A stretch of 64,000 nucleotides of DNA. It comes from Escherichia coli. Lineage in GTDB: Bacteria; Pseudomonadota; Gammaproteobacteria; Enterobacterales; Enterobacteriaceae. Of this stretch, positions 8,576-16,662 are shown piece by piece. The notes below the pieces were generated by a model. It was not told where the DNA came from. It was given only the letters and a program-made list of their open reading frames with translations, and did not search any database. Both the position numbers and the translations under genes were made by a program. Numbering within the stretch: the first letter of the stretch is position 1; each line of letters opens with the position of its first letter. The stretch is from NCBI RefSeq assembly GCF_024223415.1, contig NZ_CP100500.1; one strand, written 5' to 3'.

Positions 8576-8765
8576 ACTGCAGGCGCTGCGTCAGGCGCGC
8601 CTTGATTTATTAACCGGTAAACGGGTGGTGTCTGTCCAGAAAGATGGTCGCAGAATTGAATATACGGCGGCTTCTCTGGATGAGCTTAACCGGGCGATCA
8701 ATGATGCGGAGTCGGTACTGGGGACAACCCGACGTCGCCGTCGTCCGCTGGGAGTGAGGTTATGA
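8559..8765 (+). CDS. W: Head-tail joining protein W
   Basis: 68 aa, ...LTGKRVVSVQKDGRRIEYTAASLDEL... resembles lambda gpW; SD GGAGG. Confidence 0.9.
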   Translation: MVTVAELQALRQARLDLLTGKRVVSVQKDGRRIEYTAASLDELNRAINDAESVLGTTRRRRRPLGVRL

Positions 8766-10354
8766 AAAGAACGCCTGTCCTGATTGATGTGAACGGCGTT
8801 CCGCTTCGTGAGAGTCTCAGCTACAACGGGGGCGGCGCAGGATTTGGCGGGCAAATGGCGGAGTGGTTGCCACCGGCGCAGAGTGTCGATGCGGCCCTGC
8901 TGCCCGCGTTGCGTCTGGGGAATGCCCGGGCAGATGATCTGGTGCGCAATAACGGAATAGCGGCTAATGCGGTGGCCCTGCATAAGGATCACATAGTCGG
9001 GCATATGTTTCTGATCAGCTACCGTCCGAACTGGCGCTGGCTGGGGATGCGGGAGACCGCAGCAAAAAGCTTTGTCGATGAGGTGGAGGCGGCCTGGTCG
9101 GAATACGCCGAAGGGATGTCTGGCGAGATCGACGTGGAAGGAAAACGCACGTTCACGGAATTTATCCGGGAAGGCGTGGGCGTTCATGCGTTTAACGGCG
9201 AAATCTTTGTGCAGCCGGTCTGGGATGCGGAGACTACGCAGCTGTTTCGTACGCGTTTTAAAGCCGTGAGTCCGAAACGGGTGGACACGCCAGGATACGG
9301 TTTGGGGAACCGCTTTCTGCGGGCCGGGGTGGAGGTCGATCGGCATGGACGGGCCGTTGCGTACCATATCTGTGAGGATGATTTTCCGCTCTCTGGTAGT
9401 GGACGATGGGAACGGATCCCGCGTGAACTTCCCACCGGGCGTCCGGCCATGCTGCATATTTTCGAGCCGGTTGAGGACGGGCAGACCCGTGGGGCTAATC
9501 AGTTTTACAGCGTCATGGAACGGCTGAAAATGCTCGATTCCCTGCAGGCAACACAGCTTCAGTCAGCCATAGTGAAGGCGATGTATGCAGCGACGATTGA
9601 AAGTGAACTTGATACCGAAAAGGCCTTTGAATATATCGCCGGTGCGCCGGAGGGGCAGAAGGATAATCCGCTTATTAATATTCTGGAGAAGTTCTCCAGC
9701 TGGTATGACACGAATAACGTGACACTGGGCGGTGTCAAAATTCCGCACCTTTTCCCCGGTGATGATCTGAAACTACAGACTGCGCAGGATTCAGACAATG
9801 GATTTTCTGCGCTTGAACAGGCGCTGCTGCGGTATATCGCCGCCGGTCTTGGCGTTTCCTACGAACAGTTGTCCCGTGATTACTCGAAGGTCAGCTATTC
9901 AAGTGCCCGCGCCTCCGCCAATGAGTCGTGGCGCTATTTTATGGGGCGGCGAAAATTTATTGCGGCCCGGCTGGCCACGCAGATGTTTTCCTGCTGGCTG
10001 GAAGAGGCTCTTCTGCGGGGGATTATTCGTCCGCCACGGGCGCGTTTTGATTTTTATCAGGCGCGTTCATCCTGGTCACGGGCAGAGTGGATTGGAGCCG
10101 GAAGAATGGCCATTGACGGGCTCAAGGAGGTCCAGGAATCGGTGATGCGCATTGAGGCCGGACTGAGCACGTATGAGAAAGAGCTGGCGCTGATGGGTGA
10201 GGATTATCAGGACATTTTCCGCCAGCAGGTCAGGGAATCTGCAGAGCGGGAAAAAGCCGGACTCTCACGTCCGGTGTGGATAGCGCAGGCGTATCAGCAG
10301 CAGATAGCGGCGAGTCGCAGGCCGGAAGAGGAGACAACACCACGTGAGACGTAA
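8762..10354 (+). CDS. B: Portal protein (gpB-like)
   Basis: 530 aa, lambda-B length and position; start overlaps the W stop. Confidence 0.9.
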   Translation: MKRTPVLIDVNGVPLRESLSYNGGGAGFGGQMAEWLPPAQSVDAALLPALRLGNARADDLVRNNGIAANAVALHKDHIVGHMFLISYRPNWRWLGMRETAAKSFVDEVEAAWSEYAEGMSGEIDVEGKRTFTEFIREGVGVHAFNGEIFVQPVWDAETTQLFRTRFKAVSPKRVDTPGYGLGNRFLRAGVEVDRHGRAVAYHICEDDFPLSGSGRWERIPRELPTGRPAMLHIFEPVEDGQTRGANQFYSVMERLKMLDSLQATQLQSAIVKAMYAATIESELDTEKAFEYIAGAPEGQKDNPLINILEKFSSWYDTNNVTLGGVKIPHLFPGDDLKLQTAQDSDNGFSALEQALLRYIAAGLGVSYEQLSRDYSKVSYSSARASANESWRYFMGRRKFIAARLATQMFSCWLEEALLRGIIRPPRARFDFYQARSSWSRAEWIGAGRMAIDGLKEVQESVMRIEAGLSTYEKELALMGEDYQDIFRQQVRESAEREKAGLSRPVWIAQAYQQQIAASRRPEEETTPRET

Positions 10355-11849
10355 TCTTTCACACATTATTGCCGCAGCATTCAATGAACCGCTGCTTCTG
10401 GAGCCCGCCTATGCGCGGGTTTTCTTTTGCGCGCTCGGGCGCGAGATGGGGGCAGCAAGTCTTTCGGTACCACAACAGCAGGTACAGCTTGATGCTCCCG
10501 GAATGCTGGCTGAAACGGACGAGTACATGGCCGGAGGTAAACGACCGGCCCGTGTTTACCGGGTGGTGAACGGTATTGCTGTACTGCCGGTGACCGGCAT
10601 GCTGGTGCACCGGCTGGGTGGTATGCGGCCATTTTCCGGAATGACAGGCTATGACGGCATTGTCGCCTGTCTTCAGCAGGCAATGGCGGACACCGCTGTC
10701 CGGGGCGTACTGCTGGACATTGACAGTCCGGGCGGGCAGGTCGCAGGCGCGTTTGACTGCGCTGACATGATTTACCGCCTCCGTCAGCAGAAGCCGGTCT
10801 GGGCACTGTGCAATGACACGGCCTGTTCTGCAGCCATGCTGCTGGCGTCGGCCTGCTCCCGACGGCTGGTTACCCAGACATCCCGTATCGGCTCCATTGG
10901 CGTGATGATGAGCCATCTCAGCTATGCCGGTCATCTGGCGCAGGCCGGTGTGGATATCACGCTGATTTATGCCGGGGCGCACAAGGTGGATGGCAATCAG
11001 TTTGAAGCCTTACCGGAAGAGGTGCGTCAGGACATGCAGCAGCGCATTGATGCGGCACACCGGATGTTTGCCGAAAAAGTGGCGATGTATACCGGGCTGT
11101 CTGTGGATGTGGTCACGGGAACAGAGGCCGCCGTTTTTGAAGGTCAGTCCGGCATTGAGGCCGGGCTGGCGGATGAATTAGTCAATGCGTCGGATGCCAT
11201 CAGTGTGATGACCACGGCGCTGTACACACATGATACAGGAGGCACTATGCCGCAATTAACTGCAACGGAAGCCGCCGCGCAGGAGAACCAGCGAGTGATG
11301 GGGATCCTGACGAGTAAGGAAGCGAAAGGACGTGAACAGCTTGCCACGATGCTGGCGGGACAACAGGGCATGAGCGTTGAACAGGCCCGGGAGATCCTGG
11401 CCGCGGCGGCACCACAGCAGCCGGTGGCATCCGCGCAGAGTGAAGCCGATCGCATTATGGCGTGTGAAGAGGCGAAAGGTCGTGAACAACTGGCGGCAAC
11501 GCTGGCGGCGATGCCGGAGATGACGGTGGAAAAAGCCCGCCCGATCCTGGCAGCTTCACCGCAGGCGGATGCCGGACCATCACTCCGTGATCAGATCATG
11601 GCCCTGGATGAGGCAAAAGGGGCTGAGGCGCAGGCTGAACAGCTGGCTGCCTGCCCGGGAATGACCGTGGAGAACGCCCGGGCTGTGCTGGCTGCGGGAT
11701 CAGGTAAGGCAGAACCGGTCTCTGCATCCACAACCGCCATGTTTGAACATTTCATGGCGAACCATTCACCGGCAGCGGTACAGGGTGGCGTGCCACAGAC
11801 GTCAGCAGACGGTGATGCGGACGTGAAAATGCTCATGGCCATGCCATGA
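10344..11849 (+). CDS. C: Head maturation protease / scaffold (gpC with nested Nu3-like region)
   Basis: N-terminal half aligns with lambda C (ClpP-like protease); C-terminal part has three tandem ~40-aa EAKGREQLA repeats. Confidence 0.85.
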   Translation: MRRNLSHIIAAAFNEPLLLEPAYARVFFCALGREMGAASLSVPQQQVQLDAPGMLAETDEYMAGGKRPARVYRVVNGIAVLPVTGMLVHRLGGMRPFSGMTGYDGIVACLQQAMADTAVRGVLLDIDSPGGQVAGAFDCADMIYRLRQQKPVWALCNDTACSAAMLLASACSRRLVTQTSRIGSIGVMMSHLSYAGHLAQAGVDITLIYAGAHKVDGNQFEALPEEVRQDMQQRIDAAHRMFAEKVAMYTGLSVDVVTGTEAAVFEGQSGIEAGLADELVNASDAISVMTTALYTHDTGGTMPQLTATEAAAQENQRVMGILTSKEAKGREQLATMLAGQQGMSVEQAREILAAAAPQQPVASAQSEADRIMACEEAKGREQLAATLAAMPEMTVEKARPILAASPQADAGPSLRDQIMALDEAKGAEAQAEQLAACPGMTVENARAVLAAGSGKAEPVSASTTAMFEHFMANHSPAAVQGGVPQTSADGDADVKMLMAMP

Positions 11850-11885
11850 AGCCAGTGCTGACCATCAATAGGAGGTTTTTACAAT

Positions 11886-12233
11886 ATGGTAACGAAAACC
11901 ATCACTGAACAGCGTGCGGAAGTACGTATTTTTGCCGGTAATGATCCGGCTCATACCGCCACAGGCAGCAGCGGGATTTCCTCGCCAACACCGGCACTGA
12001 CGCCCCTGATGCTGGATGAAGCCACCGGGAAACTGGTGGTCTGGGACGGACAGAAAGCCGGTAGTGCGGTTGGCATACTGGTACTGCCGCTTGAAGGCAC
12101 AGAGACGGTGCTGACGTATTACAAGTCGGGAACCTTTGCGACGGAGGCAATCCGCTGGCCTGACAGTGTGGATGAACACAAAAAGGCCAACGCCTTTGCC
12201 GGTAGTGCCCTGAGTCACGCGGCGCTGCCGTAA
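11886..12233 (+). CDS. D: Head decoration protein D
   Basis: 115 aa; NDPAHTATGSSGIS...PLMLDEATGKLVVWDG...YKSGTF matches lambda gpD; strong SD. Confidence 0.9.
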   Translation: MVTKTITEQRAEVRIFAGNDPAHTATGSSGISSPTPALTPLMLDEATGKLVVWDGQKAGSAVGILVLPLEGTETVLTYYKSGTFATEAIRWPDSVDEHKKANAFAGSALSHAALP

Positions 12234-12290
12234 CACGTTATCAGGCCACCGCGGTGGCCTGACTGATTTCTGAATGAAAGGAACTGATTT

Positions 12291-13220
12291 ATGGGATTGT
12301 TTACGACCCGCCAGTTACTCGGTTATACCGAACAAAAAGTGAAATTTCGTGCGCTGTTTCTGGAGCTGTTTTTCCGTCGTACGGTGAATTTCCATACCGA
12401 AGAGGTGATGCTGGACAAAATTACCGGAAAAACGCCGGTGGCGGCCTATGTCTCCCCGGTTGTTGAAGGAAAAGTGCTGCGTCATCGTGGTGGTGAAACC
12501 CGCGTGTTGCGTCCGGGCTACGTCAAGCCGAAACACGAATTTAATTCCCGGCAGGCGGTTGAGCGCCTTCCTGGTGAAGATCCGGCTCAACTGAACGATC
12601 CGGCTTACCGCCGTCTGCGTATCATTACCGATAACCTCAAACAGGAAGAGCACGCGATTGTCCAGGTGGAAGAAATGCAGGCGGTAAATGCCGTGCTGTA
12701 TGGCAAATACACCATGGAAGGAGACCAGTTCGAGAAAATTGAGGTCGATTTTGGCAGGTCGACGAAGAATAACATTACGCAGGCCAGTGGTAAAAAATGG
12801 TCTGAGCACGATCGTGACACGTTCGATCCTGCGCATGATATTGACCTCTACTGCGACCAGGCCAGCGGCCTTGTGAATATTGCCATTATGGACGGTACCG
12901 TCTGGCGTCTGCTGAATGGTTTTAAGCTGTTCCGCGAAAAACTGGATACCCGTCGCGGTTCAAATTCGCAACTCGAAACGGCAGTGAAAGACCTGGGGGC
13001 GGTGGTGTCTTTCAAAGGGTATTACGGTGATCTGGCCATTGTGGTGGCGAAAACGTCTTATGTGGCAGAGGACGGTACCGAAAAACGTTATCTGCCAGAC
13101 GGCACGCTGGTCCTGGGGAATACTGCTGCAGATGGGATCCGTTGTTACGGTGCCATTCAGGATGCACAGGCGTTGTCTGAAGGAGTGGTGCCTCTTCCCG
13201 TTATCCGAAACACTGGCTGA
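12291..13220 (+). CDS. E: Major capsid protein E, apparently frameshifted near 13186 (C-terminal 44 codons continue in another frame to 13318)
   Basis: N-terminal 300 aa align with lambda gpE; after ...QALSEGV the frame reaches a stop, while frame +2 encodes ASSRYPKHWLTVGDPAREFTMTQSAPLMVLPDPDEFVVVQVK, the expected gpE C-terminus. Confidence 0.75.
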   Translation: MGLFTTRQLLGYTEQKVKFRALFLELFFRRTVNFHTEEVMLDKITGKTPVAAYVSPVVEGKVLRHRGGETRVLRPGYVKPKHEFNSRQAVERLPGEDPAQLNDPAYRRLRIITDNLKQEEHAIVQVEEMQAVNAVLYGKYTMEGDQFEKIEVDFGRSTKNNITQASGKKWSEHDRDTFDPAHDIDLYCDQASGLVNIAIMDGTVWRLLNGFKLFREKLDTRRGSNSQLETAVKDLGAVVSFKGYYGDLAIVVAKTSYVAEDGTEKRYLPDGTLVLGNTAADGIRCYGAIQDAQALSEGVVPLPVIRNTG

Positions 13221-13327
13221 CGGTGGGGGATCCCGCCCGTGAATTTACCATGACGCAGTCCGCGCCGCTGATGGTGTTGCCGGACCCGGATGAGTTTGTG
13301 GTGGTACAGGTGAAATAATCCGTGAGC

Positions 13328-13355
13328 GGGGGCGAAATGCCCCCGTGTCTTTTTT
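13328..13355 (+). terminator. Hairpin plus T-run between capsid gene E and FI
   Basis: gggggc-gaaat-gccccc, 5 nt, then TTTTTT. Confidence 0.5.
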
Positions 13356-13369
13356 CACAGGGGGCTGAT

Positions 13370-13732
13370 ATGGCAACGAAAGAGCAAAATCTGAAACGGC
13401 TTGATGAACTGGCCCTGATTCTGGGGCGTGAGCCGGATATATCCGGGAGTGCCGCAGAGATAGCGCAGCGGGTGGCGGAATGGGAAGAGGAAGCAGAGGA
13501 CAAAAACCAGGAGAGTGATGAGAACGAAAGGCATTTGATGACGTATAGCCACTCCACTGGCGGGGATGAAATGAGCACTGTTCGTGTACTCAAAACCCTG
13601 CATGTGGCGGGAAAACATCCGCATGATGACAGTGATATGGAGATTGTTGTTACAGGTATGACTGTCAGAGTTGATCCAGTGAATGTTGCGGAACTTGTCC
13701 TGGAGGGGCTTGTTACAGATGAAAGTTATTAA
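13370..13732 (+). CDS. FI: DNA-packaging protein FI-like
   Basis: Position after E, lambda FI-like size, acidic; SD AGGGGG. Confidence 0.7.
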   Translation: MATKEQNLKRLDELALILGREPDISGSAAEIAQRVAEWEEEAEDKNQESDENERHLMTYSHSTGGDEMSTVRVLKTLHVAGKHPHDDSDMEIVVTGMTVRVDPVNVAELVLEGLVTDESY

Positions 13733-14081
13733 TATCAGGGATAACGGTTTTGATACAGCCATTGCCCGGGCTGATGAAACGATACGCGGGCATATGGGAA
13801 CGTCAGCCACCATTACATCCGGTGAGCAGCCCGGCGCAGTAATACGTGGTGTTTTTGATGACCCTGAAAATATCAGCTATGCCGGACAGGGCGTGCGCGT
13901 TGAAGGCTCCAGCCCGTCCCTGTTTGTCCGGACTGATGATGTGCGGCAACTGCGGCGTGGAGACACGCTGACCATCGGTGAGGAAAACTTCTGGATAGAC
14001 CGGGTTTCGCCGGATGATGGCGGAAGCTGTCATCTCTGGCTTGGGCGGGGCGTACCGCCTGCCGTTAATCGTCGCCGCTGA
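13719..14081 (+). CDS. FII: Head completion protein FII
   Basis: ...FDTAIARADETIRGHMGTSATITSGEQPGAVIRGVFDDPENISYAGQGVRVEGSSPSLFVRTDDVRQLRRGDTLTIGEENFW... near-identical to lambda FII as recalled. Confidence 0.9.
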   Translation: MKVINIRDNGFDTAIARADETIRGHMGTSATITSGEQPGAVIRGVFDDPENISYAGQGVRVEGSSPSLFVRTDDVRQLRRGDTLTIGEENFWIDRVSPDDGGSCHLWLGRGVPPAVNRRR

Positions 14082-14092
14082 AAGGGGGATGT

Positions 14093-14668
14093 ATGGCCAT
14101 ACAGGGTCTTGAGCAGGCCGTTGAAAACCTCAGCCGTATCAGCAGAACGGCGGTGCCTGGTGCCGCCGCAATGGCCATTAACCGCGTGGCCACAACGGCG
14201 ATTAATCAGTCTTCGTCTCAGGTCGCCCGTGAAACCCGGGTGCCGAGAAAACTTGTTAAAGAGCGATCCAGACTGAAACGGGCTACGGTCAGAAATCCGA
14301 ACGCAAAAATTATCGTTAACCGCGGCGATCTTCCTGTGATTAAGCTGGGGATCAGGATGCTGGGACGTCGCCCGAACAGCATACTCAAAGCCGGTCAGCA
14401 TCGTTATCAGCGGGCATTCATCCAGCGACTGAATAATGGGCGCTGGCATGTTATGCAACGTCTGCCAGAAGCCAGGTATGCGAAGGGCAATGACGATAAG
14501 GGAAGGAAAAAGCGTAATCGTCTTCCCATTCAGGTGGTGAAAATTCCGATGTCGGCCCCACTGAAACAGGCTTTTGATGAGAACGTTAACCGTATCCGAC
14601 GCGAACGTCTGCCAAAAGAACTGAGCTATGCGCTGAAACAACAACTGAGGATTGTGATAAAGCGATGA
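14093..14668 (+). CDS. Z: Minor tail protein Z
   Basis: 191 aa, lambda Z position and size. Confidence 0.85.
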   Translation: MAIQGLEQAVENLSRISRTAVPGAAAMAINRVATTAINQSSSQVARETRVPRKLVKERSRLKRATVRNPNAKIIVNRGDLPVIKLGIRMLGRRPNSILKAGQHRYQRAFIQRLNNGRWHVMQRLPEARYAKGNDDKGRKKRNRLPIQVVKIPMSAPLKQAFDENVNRIRRERLPKELSYALKQQLRIVIKR

Positions 14669-15060
14669 AAAATACTGATATCCGTACAGCCGTACTGGAT
14701 GCACTGGAGAAGCATGACACCGGGGCGACGTTTTTTGATGGTCGCCCCGCTGTTTTTGATGAGGCGGATTTTCCGGCAGTTGCCGTTTATCTCACCGGCG
14801 CTGAATACACGGGCGAAGAGCTGGACAGCGATACCTGGCAGGCGGAGCTGCATATTGAAGTTTTCCTGCCTGCTCAGGTGCCGGATTCAGAGCTGGATTC
14901 GTGGATGGAGTCCCGGATTTATCCGGTGATGAGCGATATCCCGGCACTGTCAGATTTGATCACCAGTATGGTGGCCAGTGGCTATGACTACCGGCGCGAC
15001 GATGATGCGGGCCTGTGGAGTTCAGCCGATCTGACTTATGTCATTACCTATGAAATGTGA
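14665..15060 (+). CDS. U: Minor tail protein U (tail terminator)
   Basis: 131 aa, near-identical to lambda gpU (…[46 protein letters not shown]…). Confidence 0.95.
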   Translation: MKNTDIRTAVLDALEKHDTGATFFDGRPAVFDEADFPAVAVYLTGAEYTGEELDSDTWQAELHIEVFLPAQVPDSELDSWMESRIYPVMSDIPALSDLITSMVASGYDYRRDDDAGLWSSADLTYVITYEM

Positions 15061-15067
15061 GGACGAT

Positions 15068-15808
15068 ATGCCAACACCAAATCCTCTGGCACCGGTGAAA
15101 GGGGCCGGGACCACACTGTGGGTTTATAAGGGGAACGGTGACCCTTATGCGAACCCGCTTTCAGACAATGACTGGTCGCGTCTGGCTAAAGTTAAAGACC
15201 TGACGCCCGGCGAACTGACCGCAGATTTCTATGACGACAGCTATCTCGATGATGAAGATTCGGACTGGGCCGCGACCGGACAGGGGCAGAAATCCGCCGG
15301 AGATACCAGCTTCACGCTGGCGTGGATGCCCGGAGAGCAGGGGCAGCAGGCGCTGCTGGCGTGGTTTAATGAAGGTGATACCCGTGCCTATAAAATCCGC
15401 TTCCCGAACGGCACGGTCGATGTGTTCCGCGGCTGGGTCAGCAGCATCGGTAAGGCGGTGACAGCGAAGGAAGTGATCACCCGCACGGTGAAAGTCACCA
15501 ACGTGGGACGTCCGTCGATGGCAGAAGATCGCAGCACGCTAACAGCGGCAACCGGCATGACCGTGACGCCTGCCAGCACCTCGGTGGTGAAAGGGCAGAG
15601 CACCACGCTGACCGTGGCATTCCAGCCGGAAGGCGCAACCGACAAGAGCTTCCGTGCGGTGTCTGCGGATAAAACAAAAGCCACCGTGTCGGTCAGTGGT
15701 ATGACCATCACCGTGAAGGGCGTTGCTGCAGGCAGGGTCAACATTCCGGTCGTATCCGGTAATGGTGAACTTGCTGCGGTTGCAGAAATCAACGTCACCG
15801 CCAGTTAA
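15068..15808 (+). CDS. V: Major tail protein V
   Basis: 246 aa, lambda V length; C-terminal Ig-like region. Confidence 0.9.
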   Translation: MPTPNPLAPVKGAGTTLWVYKGNGDPYANPLSDNDWSRLAKVKDLTPGELTADFYDDSYLDDEDSDWAATGQGQKSAGDTSFTLAWMPGEQGQQALLAWFNEGDTRAYKIRFPNGTVDVFRGWVSSIGKAVTAKEVITRTVKVTNVGRPSMAEDRSTLTAATGMTVTPASTSVVKGQSTTLTVAFQPEGATDKSFRAVSADKTKATVSVSGMTITVKGVAAGRVNIPVVSGNGELAAVAEINVTAS

Positions 15809-15823
15809 TCCGGAGAGTCAGCG

Positions 15824-16246
15824 ATGTTCCTGAAAAACGAATCATTTGAACATAACGGCGTGACCGTCACGCTTTCTGAACTGTCAGCCCTGCAGCGTAT
15901 TGAGCATCTTGCCTGGTTGAAAGAGCAGGAAAAAAAGGCTGAATCCAGTGGCAACCTGCAGGTGTCTGTAGAGGATCTTATCAGAGGCGGGGCGTTTCTG
16001 GTGGCGATGTCTCTGTGGCATAACCATCCGCAGAAGACAAAGCTGCTGCCCATGAATGAAGCCATTACGCAGATTGAGCAGGAAGTGCTTACCACCTGGC
16101 CCACGGAGGCAATTGCTCAGGCTGAAAACGTGGTGTTACGTCTGTCCGGAATGTCTGAGTTTGTTGTGAATAATGCCCCTGAACAGGCAGATGACGCCGG
16201 GCCTGCAGAGCCTGTTTCTGCGGGAAAGTGTTCGACGGTGAGCTGA
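15824..16246 (+). CDS. G: Tail assembly chaperone G
   Basis: 140 aa; ends just after the slippery heptamer GGGAAAG. Confidence 0.9.
   Translation: MFLKNESFEHNGVTVTLSELSALQRIEHLAWLKEQEKKAESSGNLQVSVEDLIRGGAFLVAMSLWHNHPQKTKLLPMNEAITQIEQEVLTTWPTEAIAQAENVVLRLSGMSEFVVNNAPEQADDAGPAEPVSAGKCSTVS
16222..16228 (+). promoter_or_regulatory. Programmed -1 ribosomal frameshift slippery site (G GGA AAG) producing the G-T fusion
   Basis: Exact lambda G/GT heptamer located 6 codons before the G stop; the T frame opens here. Confidence 0.8.
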
Positions 16247-16662
16247 GTTTTGCCCTGAAACTGGCGCGTGAGATGGGGCGACCCGACTGGCGCGCCATGC
16301 TTGCCGGGATGTCATCCACGGAGTATGCCGACTGGCACCGCTTTTACAGTACCCATTATTTTCATGATGTTCTGCTGGATATGCACTTTTCCGGGCTGAC
16401 GTACACCGTGCTCAGCCTGTTTTTCAGCGATCCGGATATGCATCCGCTGGATTTCAGTCTGCTGAACCGGCGCGAGGCTGACGAAGAGCCTGAAGATGAT
16501 GTGCTGATGCAGAAAGCGGCAGGGCTTGCCGGAGGCGTCCGCTTTGGCCCGGACGGGAATGAAGTTATCCCTGCATCCCCGGATGTGGCGGACATGACGG
16601 AGGATGACGTAATGCTGATGACAGTATCAGAAGGGATCGCAGGAGGAGTCCGGTATGGCTGA
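16228..16662 (+). CDS. T: Tail assembly protein T (made only as a G-T fusion by -1 frameshift)
   Basis: -1 frame ORF extending from the slippery site to the start of H. Confidence 0.8.
   Translation: MFDGELSFALKLAREMGRPDWRAMLAGMSSTEYADWHRFYSTHYFHDVLLDMHFSGLTYTVLSLFFSDPDMHPLDFSLLNRREADEEPEDDVLMQKAAGLAGGVRFGPDGNEVIPASPDVADMTEDDVMLMTVSEGIAGGVRYG

Noticed and set aside
8591-9457. 288-aa minus-strand ORF
   Set aside because: Antisense to the portal gene in GC-rich DNA; chance open frame.
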